In this document: in pieces, positions 48,707 to 59,451 of the stretch
Numbering within the stretch: the first letter of the stretch is position 1
Layout: every line of letters starts with the position of its first letter
Assembly: GCA_965227515.1 (NCBI GenBank)
Contig: CBDDFZ010000001.1
Span: forward strand, 576,001-640,000
Reading direction: 5' to 3'
Length of the DNA: 64,000 bases
DNA from: Alphaproteobacteria bacterium
Lineage (GTDB): Bacteria > Pseudomonadota > Alphaproteobacteria > CALKHQ01
The notes under the pieces: generated by a model
Seen by the model: only the letters and a program-made list of their open reading frames with translations
Database searches by the model: none
Told to the model about the DNA's origin: nothing
Made by a program: the position numbers and the translations under genes

Positions 48707-49420
48707 TCAGTCGGGGCTGCGGGTGGCAGAGAGCTGCCAATTGGGGTCGGGGCTGCGGGTGTCGCGCTCGAAGGTCCAGATGTCGGTGATTTCGGCGATG
48801 TAGTTGGGATCGCCTTCGATGATGCGCCCTTCGTCGTCCTTCAGCACGTTGACCTGCTCGCTGACGAAGGTCACCGTCACCCATGCGGTGCTGGTGCCGG
48901 AAATACCGGCCTCGGTGATCTCCACCGACTTCAGCCCGATCAGGGTGGTCTCCTGGGTCTGGCCCTCGGCCTTGCGGCCGTCGATCACGCCCTCGAAATT
49001 GCGCATCACGCTGTCGCTCAACAGCGGGCGCAGGGTGGCGGTGTCGCCCTCCGCGAACGCCTTGACGATCATCTCGAACGCGGCGCGCGCACCGCCCACG
49101 AACTGCTCGGGGCGGAACGACTGGTCGTTGCGCACGATCTCGCGCAGGCCCGCGGCGGCCGGTCCATCGGGGATTTGCGGCGGCGCGGCGGCGGCACGGT
49201 CCGGCAGGCTGACCACGTTGTCGCCGCCCTGGTCATTGCCATGCGCGGTAGAGCTCGCGCCGTCCTTGCCCTGTTGCGAGCGCGATTGCAGCGGGCTGAC
49301 GGTGCGGTGGTCGCGTTCATGGCCGGTGCGCCGGCCCAGAACGTTGCGCAGCCGTATCACCAGGAACAACGCGATCATCGCGAAGATAATGATGTCGAGG
49401 AACTGGAATCCACCGCCCAT
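48707..49420 (-). CDS. Tim44/TimA-family adaptor protein
   Basis: N-terminal TM then RLRNVLGRRTG, F..GA..AFEMIV.AF..GD, DIWTFER..PNW.L. Confidence 0.93.
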   Translation of the reverse strand: MGGGFQFLDIIIFAMIALFLVIRLRNVLGRRTGHERDHRTVSPLQSRSQQGKDGASSTAHGNDQGGDNVVSLPDRAAAAPPQIPDGPAAAGLREIVRNDQSFRPEQFVGGARAAFEMIVKAFAEGDTATLRPLLSDSVMRNFEGVIDGRKAEGQTQETTLIGLKSVEITEAGISGTSTAWVTVTFVSEQVNVLKDDEGRIIEGDPNYIAEITDIWTFERDTRSPDPNWQLSATRSPD

Positions 49421-49995
49421 CGGTCTCTCATTCCCATTTCGCCGGAAGGTTTGCCGTCGCGCCGGCGAAATCGTCCATTCGCGGGGCCAAAGCCTGTGCG
49501 CTACGCGGCCTCGACAAGTTGTCCACAATATGCTTGTCGGAACAAAAAATGCAATGCCGCGCACCCGCCGGCAAGGACATTACGTCGCTACCGCGGCCCG
49601 TGTATCCGCCTGCCACATGCTCATGGGAACCGATTCCCATGAAAATACGGCAAAGGAATGCCGCTTTACTCGCATCGGCCGGCGCTTGTCGGTATCCACC
49701 GGCCGTTCGGTTCGCCACAGCCCCGCCGGAGACCTCCCCGGCCGTGCTGCTCAGCGGCTCTCGTACCATTGCATAACATATGGCCGGCAGTGACATAACC
49801 CCCGTTCCGAACGCCGCGTCCCCGGGTAGACGACAGGCAAGCGGCTAAGTCGCGAGTTGCCGCCCGGGATGATCCGTGCTAGCCGTCCGCAGCCATTGCG
49901 ACCGGCGCCACGGTCCTCGACCGGCCTCCACCAGGCCCGAGACCCATGGGCCCCGGTCCCAGCGATATCACGCTCGAAAACACGCGGAGCCATTC

Positions 49996-50583
49996 ATGTC
50001 GGAAAATAACGGTCCAGCGCCCACCAACGGGGGTGCTGCCGGCACGCCATCGTCCGATCAGCCGTCCGGACAGGCCGCCGGCCAACCGGGACAGCAGCGT
50101 CAGCGCCAGATTCCGCTGATGATCCGGAACCAGTACGTCAAGGACCTGTCGTTCGAGAACCCGCGCGCGCCGAATGCGCTGCCGCAGGGCCAGCAGCCGC
50201 AAATGCAGGTCGAGGTCGACGTCGAGGTCAACGCGCGCGGCGCCAACGACCATGAGGTGGCCCTCAGCCTGAACGTCACCGCCAAGTCCGGCGAGGAGAC
50301 GCTGTTCCTGATCGAGCTGCACTATGCCGGCCTGTTCCAGGTCGCCAACATGCCCGACGAGATGCGCGACCTGCTGCTCTATATCGAGGGCGGGCGCATG
50401 CTGTTCCCGTTCGCGCGCGCCATCATCGCCAACGTCACCCGCGACGGCGCGCTGCCGCCGGTGCTGTTGGCGCCGATGGACTTCGCCGCACTCTATCAGC
50501 AGAAGACCGGCAAGCCGCTGCCCACGTTCGGCGCAGCCCAGGGCGCGCCGGGCGCCGGCGGTGCCGGCGGCGGCCAGGCTTAG
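49996..50583 (+). CDS. secB: Protein-export chaperone
   Basis: QYVKDLSFENP, EL.YAGLF, LFPFAR.II. Confidence 0.96.
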   Translation: MSENNGPAPTNGGAAGTPSSDQPSGQAAGQPGQQRQRQIPLMIRNQYVKDLSFENPRAPNALPQGQQPQMQVEVDVEVNARGANDHEVALSLNVTAKSGEETLFLIELHYAGLFQVANMPDEMRDLLLYIEGGRMLFPFARAIIANVTRDGALPPVLLAPMDFAALYQQKTGKPLPTFGAAQGAPGAGGAGGGQA

Positions 50584-50619
50584 ATCGCGGTTCGCTGACG
50601 CTGAAGTCGGCGCCAGCCC

Positions 50620-51285
50620 TCAATTCCGCCAGATCGGATCGGTCAGGCCCGCCACCATCTCGGCATGGCGGGCCAGTTCCGCCTCGCTCGCGGTGTGCGG
50701 GCGCGGCGGGCGCTTGGTCCGTTCCGCGACCTCGACCTTGCGCCGTTTCTGGGCGGCCAGCTCGAAGCCCGGCTGCCGCCCGCCCCGCAATTCCAGATAG
50801 ACCTCGGCCAGCAACTCGGCGTCCAGCAGGGCGCCGTGCTTGGTCCGCGCCGAATTGTCGATGCCGAAACGCCGGCAGAGCGCGTCCAGGCTGGCCTGTG
50901 CGCCGGGAAACCGCCGCCGCGCCATCGACAGGGTGTCGACCGCGCGGGCCGGCGCCACTTGAGGCAGCGACAGCCGCTTGAACTCCGCGTTCAGGAAGCC
51001 GATGTCGAACGAGGCGTTGTGGATGACCAGCGGGGAATCGCGCAGGAAATCCACCAGCGCGTCGGCGATCTCCGCGAACACGGGCTTGTCGGCCAGGAAC
51101 GCCTCGCTCAGGCCGTGCACTTCCTCGGCCTCCGGCGGCATGTCGCGTTCCGGATTGATGTAGCGGTGGAACGACACGTCCGTCGGCACGTGGTTGAACA
51201 GCTCGATGCAGCCGATCTCCACGATCCGGTCGCCGCCATTGGCGTTCAGACCGGTCGTTTCGGTGTCCAGCACGATCTCACGCAT
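50620..51285 (-). CDS. dnaQ: DNA polymerase III epsilon subunit
   Basis: LDTETTG, HNASFD, HGALLDA. Confidence 0.98.
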   Translation of the reverse strand: MREIVLDTETTGLNANGGDRIVEIGCIELFNHVPTDVSFHRYINPERDMPPEAEEVHGLSEAFLADKPVFAEIADALVDFLRDSPLVIHNASFDIGFLNAEFKRLSLPQVAPARAVDTLSMARRRFPGAQASLDALCRRFGIDNSARTKHGALLDAELLAEVYLELRGGRQPGFELAAQKRRKVEVAERTKRPPRPHTASEAELARHAEMVAGLTDPIWRN

Positions 51286-51294
51286 TTCTTTGCC

Positions 51295-51933
51295 CTATAG
51301 TCTCGAAGTTGATCGCCGCAACGCGTTCAACAGACGCACAACCTGCGCCCGACCGAAGCGGTGATCAAGTCCTGTCCGGACCACATCGTCCGCGGCCCGC
51401 CGCTTGGCGGCATCAGACCATTGCTGCGCCAGGATGCCGTCAAGCCGCGCCCTGCTCATGCCGGGCCGGCCCAGCACCCGCGCGTCGCGCACCCGGGCCG
51501 GCGCGCTGGCGGTCCACACGACGTCCATCCGCCGTTCCGCACCGGTTTCGAACAACAGCGGAATGTCGAAGCCGACGATATCCGCCCCCGCTTGCGCCCA
51601 GCGGCGCAGGAAACGGCGCTCCATGGTGCGCACCATCGGGTGGATGATCGCCTCCAGACGCGCCAGTGCCGCCGGGTCGTTGAACACCACCCCGCCCAGC
51701 CGCTTGCGGTCGACGACACCGTTCGCGACACACTGCGGAAACGCACGCGCGATCGCCGGCAGTGCCGCCCCACCCGGCCCGGCGACCTTGCGCGCGGCGG
51801 CATCGGCATCGAACACGGGCACGCCCAGATCGCGCAGGTAGCCGGCCACCGTCGACTTGCCGCTGCCGATGGTGCCGGTGATGCCAATCCGCACCGGCCC
51901 GGTACGCGGATAGCGCCGGCGGTTGCGGGTCAT
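51295..51933 (-). CDS. coaE: Dephospho-CoA kinase
   Basis: GITGTIGSGKS, DAD, DR..L...VF, DIPLLFE. Confidence 0.93.
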   Translation of the reverse strand: MTRNRRRYPRTGPVRIGITGTIGSGKSTVAGYLRDLGVPVFDADAAARKVAGPGGAALPAIARAFPQCVANGVVDRKRLGGVVFNDPAALARLEAIIHPMVRTMERRFLRRWAQAGADIVGFDIPLLFETGAERRMDVVWTASAPARVRDARVLGRPGMSRARLDGILAQQWSDAAKRRAADDVVRTGLDHRFGRAQVVRLLNALRRSTSRL

Positions 51934-52778
51934 AGCGTCGACAGCACCGTCCCGCGCAATTGGTCGTCCACGGGCGGTTCCTGGCCGAACCAGGCAGCAA
52001 AGCCAGGCGTTGCCTGGTGAAGCAACATGCCCAGGCCGTCGACGGTGCGCAGACCGCGTGCCCGGGCATCCGCCAGCAGCGGGGTCTCCAACGGCGCGTA
52101 GACGATGTCATAGACGATGGCATCCGGCCGCGTGGCGTCCAGCGAAAGCGGCAGCGGATCGTGCCCGGTCATGCCCAGGGAGGTGGTGTTGGCAATGACG
52201 TGCACATCGGCCAGCACGGCGGATCGTTGCGCCCATGGAACGATCTGCACCGGCATCGGCAACACATCCGCCAACGCCGCCGCCCGCGCGTCGGTCCGGT
52301 TGCAGACCAGGATATCGGAAACGCCCGCCTGGTGCAGCCCGACGGCGATGCCCCGCGCCGCACCGCCGGCGCCGAGCAACAGCACCGGTCCGGCATCGGG
52401 CCGCCAGTCCGGCACGCTCGCCCGCAAATGGGCCACGAACCCGATGCCGTCGGTGTTGGTGGCGCGCAGCCGTCCGTCCCCGTCGATCCAGAGCGTGTTC
52501 GCCGCACCGCTGGCGCGGGCGACATCGTCGACCGCATCGACCAGGTCCATCACCGCCACCTTGTGCGGCACGGTGACATTGGTGCCGGCCAGCCCCAGGG
52601 CACGCAATCCGGCAATGGCTTCGGCCAGTTTCTCCGGCTGCACCGCCATCGGGACATAGACGCCGTCGATAGCCAGCCGGTCCAGCCAGTGATTGTGGAT
52701 CACCGGCGAGCGCGAGTGGGCAATCGGCCAGCCGATAACGCCGGCGACCCGCGCGGCCCCGCTCAACAAGCGTGTCAT
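51930..52778 (-). CDS. aroE: Shikimate dehydrogenase
   Basis: HSRSP.IH, NVTVPHK, NTDG.G, GAGGAAR, DGLGMLLHQ. Confidence 0.97.
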   Translation of the reverse strand: MTRLLSGAARVAGVIGWPIAHSRSPVIHNHWLDRLAIDGVYVPMAVQPEKLAEAIAGLRALGLAGTNVTVPHKVAVMDLVDAVDDVARASGAANTLWIDGDGRLRATNTDGIGFVAHLRASVPDWRPDAGPVLLLGAGGAARGIAVGLHQAGVSDILVCNRTDARAAALADVLPMPVQIVPWAQRSAVLADVHVIANTTSLGMTGHDPLPLSLDATRPDAIVYDIVYAPLETPLLADARARGLRTVDGLGMLLHQATPGFAAWFGQEPPVDDQLRGTVLSTL

Positions 52779-52791
52779 GGGAAAGTCCCCA

Positions 52792-53409
52792 TCATGAGGA
52801 GATCGCACCATGGGTGCGCAGCATCGTCAGCAGCGGCAGCAGTGGGAGGCCCAAGACGGTGAAATAGTCGCCTTCGACCCGGTCGAACAACTGTGCGCCC
52901 AGGCCTTCCAGCTCGTATCCGCCGACGCTGGCGCAGGCGCGCGCGCCCACGGTTGCCAGATAGTCGTCAAGGAACGCGTCGCTGAACGGACGCATGGACA
53001 GCCGGGCGGTCTGGTTATGGTGCCAGATCCGCGATCCGTTCTTGGCCAGCACGACAGAGGCGACCAGGCTGTGCTCGCGGCCGCGAAGCTCTTGCAGTTG
53101 CGTGCGGGCCCGCGCCAGGTCCGGCGGCTTGTCGAAGGTGCGGTCGTCCATCGCCAACACCTGGTCGGCGCCAATGACCAGCGCCTCGGAGTCCTGGCGC
53201 GACACTTTCACCGCCTTCAGTTCAGCCAGCGTCTCGGCAATGGCGTGCGGCGGCGCATCCTCGGCCCGCAGCGACAGCTTCACCTCGTCCTCGTCGACCC
53301 GGGCGGGCACGATCTCGATGGCCACACCGGCGGCCTGCAGCATCGCGGCACGCGCCCGGCTGGCCGATGCCAGGACGACGCGCGGCCTTTCGTTCGCCGC
53401 GCCGCTCAC
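52792..53409 (-). CDS. maf: Maf-family nucleoside triphosphate pyrophosphatase
   Basis: LASAS..R, KA, IGADQV, KP, GLPLL. GTG start overlaps the upstream stop. Confidence 0.93.
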   Translation of the reverse strand: MSGAANERPRVVLASASRARAAMLQAAGVAIEIVPARVDEDEVKLSLRAEDAPPHAIAETLAELKAVKVSRQDSEALVIGADQVLAMDDRTFDKPPDLARARTQLQELRGREHSLVASVVLAKNGSRIWHHNQTARLSMRPFSDAFLDDYLATVGARACASVGGYELEGLGAQLFDRVEGDYFTVLGLPLLPLLTMLRTHGAISS

Positions 53410-54260
53410 GGTTCCTCCGTGTTGCGGGTCTGCCGCTTGTAGAGTTGCAGGATGGCCGCGGCCGTCTCCTCGATCGACCGCCGGGTGACATCCAGCGTCG
53501 GCCAGCCCTGGCGCGCGCACAACAGCTTCGCCTCTTTCACCTCCGCCGCGACCTGCTCGGGATCGACATAGGCAACGTCGCGCTCCTCCTGCATCGTCGC
53601 CAGGCGATTGCGGCGCACCTGCACCAGCCGCTGCGGATCTGTGGTCAGCCCGACCACCAGCGCGTTCTTGCAGTCCAGCAACTCGCGCGGCGGCGCCATG
53701 CCGGGCACGATCGGTACATTGGCGGCACGGATACCGCGATTGGCCAGGTACATGCACGTCGGTGTCTTCGACGTGCGCGACACGCCGGTCAGCACGATCT
53801 GGGCTTCCGACAGCCGGGACAAACCCTGGCCGTCATCGTGCGCCAGCGCATACTGCATCGCCTCGATGCGTTCGAAATAGCGGTCGTCGAGCTCATGCTG
53901 CCGACCGGGCTGGTTGCGATGGCTGGTGCCGAGATAGTCCGACAACGAGGCCAGCACGGTATCCAGCACCGATATGCAGGGCACGTTGATCGTGCGGCAG
54001 GCCTCGATCAACTGGCGGCGCAGATTGTCGTCGAGCAGCGTGAACAGGACCGGACCGGGCCGCTCGGCGATCTGGTCGATGGCATCGCGCAGTCCCCGTT
54101 CGGTCCGCACCATTGGCCACAAGAACTTGTGGGCATGGAAATGCTCGAACTGCACGATGCACGCGCGCACGACACCAAGGATGGTTTCGCCCGTCGCATC
54201 CGACACCATGTGAAGGTTGAACTGCTGCGCCGGCTCGATTTCGTCATGCGGTTCGGACAT
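53406..54260 (-). CDS. Pyruvate,phosphate/water dikinase regulatory protein (DUF299/PSRP)
   Basis: SDATGET, YF.RIEA, HDDG, GVSRTSKTP, SIEETAA. Confidence 0.95.
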   Translation of the reverse strand: MSEPHDEIEPAQQFNLHMVSDATGETILGVVRACIVQFEHFHAHKFLWPMVRTERGLRDAIDQIAERPGPVLFTLLDDNLRRQLIEACRTINVPCISVLDTVLASLSDYLGTSHRNQPGRQHELDDRYFERIEAMQYALAHDDGQGLSRLSEAQIVLTGVSRTSKTPTCMYLANRGIRAANVPIVPGMAPPRELLDCKNALVVGLTTDPQRLVQVRRNRLATMQEERDVAYVDPEQVAAEVKEAKLLCARQGWPTLDVTRRSIEETAAAILQLYKRQTRNTEEP

Positions 54261-54299
54261 GGCCCTGCTGGTCGCACCGCGGCCCGAAACTGTCAAGCC

Positions 54300-54705
54300 A
54301 CCTGTCCACGCGCCCGGCTTGAAAACCGGTGGATAGACGCCACCTTATCCACACTTACCCACTGTCCACAGCGCCCGCCTTCCGCACCGCCGCACATCCG
54401 GTCGTGTTATCCACCGGCCGCACGCCTGTGCATGTGCTTTTCACCATGCATCCAATCTCGGGGATAACCCATCGGCTATCGAAACCGGGTTCATGCCATC
54501 CACAGGTCTCGGGTCGACACGGCCCATGTTCAGCACGGCTTGCGCATCTTATCCCCGCTATGGGTAGCGTGTGCGCTCAAGAGATCGGGGATTTCGCATC
54601 GGCCGGTGCATAACCGCGCACCAATGGGTTTTCCCCATGACTCTCGCCACCTACAACTACATCAATTCAAGAATCAGATTCCTTTAGGGAGAAGGTAGTG
54701 GTGCA
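54300..54705. other. oriC: Probable chromosomal replication origin (oriC)
   Basis: Lies in the DUF299-hemE intergenic region. Perfect TTATCCACA at 54345 plus about nine degenerate boxes (54302, 54328, 54362, 54407, 54459, 54496, 54549, 54605, 54629), a DnaA-trio-like run at 54652-54666, and three GANTC sites. Confidence 0.88.
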
Positions 54706-54720
54706 GAGCACCCGAACGGC

Positions 54721-55794
54721 ATGACCCTGGCATCGACGACCGCAATACAGCGTGCGGCACCTTTTCTGCGCGTGCTGGCAGGCGAGCGCCGCGACCCGGT
54801 GCCGATCTGGCTGATGCGCCAGGCCGGCCGCTATCTCGCCGAATACCGCGCGGTGCGAGAGCAAGCCGGCGGGTTCCTGAACCTCTGCCTGACACCGGAA
54901 CTGGCGGCCGAGGTGACCCTGCAACCGATCCGCCGCTATGGCTTCGATGCTGCGATCGTGTTTGCTGACATCCTGCTGATCCCGCATGCGCTGGGCCAGG
55001 AGGTGGGGTTCGTCGCCGGCGAGGGCCCGGTGCTGGCCCCGATCCACCATGCCGATCAGGTCGCGCGCCTGGGGCCCGCGGACGGCGTGGACGACGACCT
55101 GGCGCCGGTCTATCAGACCTTGCGGATATTGCGGGAGACATTGCCGGCCGACGTGGCGCTGATCGGGTTCGCCGGCGCGCCATGGACGGTCGCAACCTAC
55201 ATGGTCGAGGGCCGCAGCGGGCATGACTTCGCCCAGGTGCTGGCGTGGGCGCTGGAAGCACCGGAGACGTTCCAGGCTCTGATCGACCGGGTGGTGGAGG
55301 CGACCGTCGTCTATCTGCGCGGCCAGATCGACGCCGGCGCCGATGCGCTCCAGCTCTTCGATACCTGGGCCGGCATGCTGCCCGGCGATGCCCGCGACCG
55401 CTGGTGCGTTGAGCCCACGGCGCGCATCGTCGCGGCGATGAAGCAATACGCGCCGTCGGTGCCGGTGATAGGCTTCCCGAAGGGCCTGGGCACGGACCTG
55501 GTGGACTTCGCGGCGCGGACCGGGGTCGACGCCGTCAGCATCGACCAGCATGCCGACCGTGCCGCGATGGCGGCCGCACTCCCGTCCGGTCTCACCGTGC
55601 AGGGCAATCTCGACCCGCAGGTTCTGATCGCGGGCGGCCAGGCGATGCGCGACCAGGCATGCGACGTGTTGCAGGCTTTCGCCGGCCGGCCGCATGTGTT
55701 CAACCTTGGCCATGGCATCGACAAGACGACGCCGCCCGACCACGTCGCCGAACTGGTGGAGACGGTGCGGGCCTGGCAGCCCAACAGAGGTTAG
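54721..55794 (+). CDS. hemE: Uroporphyrinogen decarboxylase
   Basis: PIWLMRQAGRYL.EY, FADIL, GFAGAPWT, QGNLDP, NLGHGI. Confidence 0.98.
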   Translation: MTLASTTAIQRAAPFLRVLAGERRDPVPIWLMRQAGRYLAEYRAVREQAGGFLNLCLTPELAAEVTLQPIRRYGFDAAIVFADILLIPHALGQEVGFVAGEGPVLAPIHHADQVARLGPADGVDDDLAPVYQTLRILRETLPADVALIGFAGAPWTVATYMVEGRSGHDFAQVLAWALEAPETFQALIDRVVEATVVYLRGQIDAGADALQLFDTWAGMLPGDARDRWCVEPTARIVAAMKQYAPSVPVIGFPKGLGTDLVDFAARTGVDAVSIDQHADRAAMAAALPSGLTVQGNLDPQVLIAGGQAMRDQACDVLQAFAGRPHVFNLGHGIDKTTPPDHVAELVETVRAWQPNRG

Positions 55795-55802
55795 TGCAGC
55801 GC

Positions 55803-56237
55803 ATGTGGGGTGAGCTTTATCCTTGGCTGAAGGCGCTGCACGTTCTCAGCGTCATCGCCTGGATGGCCGGCATGCTCTATTTGCCGCGGCTGTTCGTCTA
55901 CCATTGCGACGCACCGCCGGGCACGCCGACCTCGGAAACCTTCAAGGTGATGGAAAGGCGGCTTTTGAAGGGCATCATCAACCCGGCGATGATCGCGACT
56001 TGGGTACTTGGGCTGATCTTGCTGTTTGTCTACGAGCTCTACACCCAGCCGTGGATGCACGCCAAACTGGTCTTTGTGGTGGCGATGTCGGCGGCGCATG
56101 GATTGATGGTCGGATGGTGGCGCGACTTCGCGCTCGACCGCAACGTGCGTAGCGCCAAATTCTACCGCATTGCCAACGAAGTTCCGGCGGTGTTGGCAGT
56201 GGTGATCGTGATCCTTGCCATCGTAAAGCCGTTTTGA
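55803..56237 (+). CDS. hemJ: Protoporphyrinogen oxidase HemJ
   Basis: KALH...I.WMAG..YLPRL.VYH, MERRL...I..PAM, NEVP, KPF. Confidence 0.95.
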   Translation: MWGELYPWLKALHVLSVIAWMAGMLYLPRLFVYHCDAPPGTPTSETFKVMERRLLKGIINPAMIATWVLGLILLFVYELYTQPWMHAKLVFVVAMSAAHGLMVGWWRDFALDRNVRSAKFYRIANEVPAVLAVVIVILAIVKPF

Positions 56238-56269
56238 CCGCATTGTGTTGGGGGAGTTGACGTTTCGGT

Positions 56270-56298
56270 TTGACGGCAGGCACTGCATTCGCTACATC
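56270..56298 (+). promoter_or_regulatory. Sigma70 promoter of rho, followed by a ~170-nt leader
   Basis: TTGACG-N17-TACATC, with the -10 in the Caulobacter-type GCTANAWC context. Confidence 0.65.
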
Positions 56299-56477
56299 AG
56301 TGAACGGTTCCCGCCACATCAAGATGGTTCGCCGCCGGCCCGAATTGCGTAGGGCTTGGCGCGGGTGCGAATAAGCGGCACCTGCCGGAACATACCCGTC
56401 GCGTTGCCCCGTCACGATGCTGTGTCCCATCTACATCTTGGCCACCGGCGTGGCCGCCACAACTCCATGAGCGGTTC

Positions 56478-57734
<1,257 letters not shown>

Positions 57735-57865
57735 CGCCGGTTCCGCGCACGGGTGCGCCGACGCACGCGCACGACCGGCACGATGCACCGTACGTGCACC
57801 GCAATCCACTGATATACTGCAATAAATTGAACCGGTTGGCGCGGTAGCAGCCAGATGGCCCTGCT

Positions 57866-58558
57866 CTATTCAGCCAATTCGGCCAAGGCGTAGCCGGCCG
57901 ACCGGACCGTTCGGATGATGTCGGTCTCGCCCTTGCCGTTCACCGCCTTGCGCAGCCGCCGTATGTGTACGTCGACCGTGCGTGGCTCCACGTACACATC
58001 GCGACCCCAGACGGCATCCAGCAACTGCTCGCGCGAGAACACGCGGCCCTTGTGGCTGAGGAAGTGCTTCAGCAGGCGGTATTCGGTCGGCCCCAGGTGG
58101 ATCGAGCGGCTGCCGCGGGTCACCCGGTGGGCCGCCAGGTCGATCTTCAGGTCGCCGAAGGACAGTTCCTCGGCGCGTGCCGACACCGTGGAGCGGCGCA
58201 GCAGCGCGCGCACCCGTGCCACCAGTTCGTTGGGGCTGAACGGTTTGACCACATAGTCGTCGGCGCCGCTGTTCAGCCCGCGCACGCGGTCGGCCTCCTC
58301 GGTCCGCGCCGTCAGCATGATGATCGGGATGTCGCGGGTGGTATCCGACCGCCGCAACTGGCGGCAGATCTCCAGCCCCGAGACCAGGGGCAGCATCCAG
58401 TCCAGCAGCAGCAGGTCGGGCTTGTGTTCGCTGATCGCCATCATGGCTTCCTCGCCATCGGACGCGACCGCGGTCCGAAACCCTTCCTTTTCCAGATTGT
58501 AGCGCACGACCTCGGCAATCGAGGATTCGTCTTCGGCGATCAGGATCAGTGGTTCCAT
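57866..58558 (-). CDS. phoB: Phosphate regulon response regulator
   Basis: LLDWMLP, MLTAR.EE.DRVRGL, GPTE.RLL, RTVDVHIRRLRK. Follows phoU. Confidence 0.97.
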   Translation of the reverse strand: MEPLILIAEDESSIAEVVRYNLEKEGFRTAVASDGEEAMMAISEHKPDLLLLDWMLPLVSGLEICRQLRRSDTTRDIPIIMLTARTEEADRVRGLNSGADDYVVKPFSPNELVARVRALLRRSTVSARAEELSFGDLKIDLAAHRVTRGSRSIHLGPTEYRLLKHFLSHKGRVFSREQLLDAVWGRDVYVEPRTVDVHIRRLRKAVNGKGETDIIRTVRSAGYALAELAE

Positions 58559-58646
58559 GGCAATGCGTCTGTAGGCCTCGGATCTCAGGTTTTCAGTGGC
58601 CTGCGTGGCCGGGGCGCCAATGGCGGTACCGGTGGCGGTGCGGATG

Positions 58647-59393
58647 TCATTGCTGGGTGGTTGTGTCATCGCCAGCAATCTGCGGCATGGCCATCTCGGA
58701 CAGGTCCGACTTCGGCCGTGGGTCGATCAGGTAGGTGCCGTCGACCAGGAAGTGGATGGTCTCGGCCATGTTGGTGGCATGGTCGCCGATGCGCTCGATG
58801 TTCTTGGCGATGAACAGCAGGTGGGTGCACGCCGTGATGCTGCGCGGATCCTCCATCATGTAGGTCAGCAGCTCGCGGAACAGGCTGTTGTACATCTCGT
58901 CGACCTCGGCATCGCTGGCCCAGATCTCCTGCGCCAGGTCCAGGTCGCGCTCGATATAGGCGTCGAGCACGCCCTTGATCATGCCCTGGGTGGCGCGCCC
59001 CATGCGCACGATGGCGCCGATCTGGGGCATCACCGGCGACTGCAGGATGGCGATGGTGCGCTTGGCCATGCTGGCGGCGTAGTCGCCGATGCGTTCGATG
59101 TTGTTCGACATCTTCATCGCCGAAACGATTTCGCGCAGATCGCCGGCCATCGGCTGGCGCAGTGCCAGCGTCCGCACGGAATGCTCAGCGATGCTGAGTT
59201 CGTCGGCGTCGATGTCGCGGTCGCTGCGCCGGGCCTTCTCGGCCAGGTCGGCATTGCGTTGGCTCAGCGCCATCAGCGCCATGTTGAGCTGCGCTTCCGC
59301 CTTGCCGCCCATGCGGGTGATCATCTGCTTCAAGGTCTTCAGGTCGTCGTCGAAGGCCTTCACCGTGTGTCCGGAAGGGGCCGCAGCGCTCAT
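58647..59393 (-). CDS. phoU: Phosphate signalling protein
   Basis: RQPMAGDLR and duplicated ERIGD motifs. Confidence 0.97.
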   Translation of the reverse strand: MSAAAPSGHTVKAFDDDLKTLKQMITRMGGKAEAQLNMALMALSQRNADLAEKARRSDRDIDADELSIAEHSVRTLALRQPMAGDLREIVSAMKMSNNIERIGDYAASMAKRTIAILQSPVMPQIGAIVRMGRATQGMIKGVLDAYIERDLDLAQEIWASDAEVDEMYNSLFRELLTYMMEDPRSITACTHLLFIAKNIERIGDHATNMAETIHFLVDGTYLIDPRPKSDLSEMAMPQIAGDDTTTQQ

Positions 59394-59451
59394 CGTTCGA
59401 ACTCCGTTCGGGTCCAGGTGTGTAAGGGCACGGGTGCGCGGTCGCGGTCGA

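Noticed and set aside
49428-49796. 122-aa ORF or fxsA remnant in the timA-secB gap
   Set aside because: It lacks the hydrophobic FxsA-like segments, has poor codon bias and has no RBS.
57740-57805. GCAC-rich stretch after rho
   Set aside because: Spacing is irregular, there is no strong stem or U-tract, and it is compatible with chance at this GC content.
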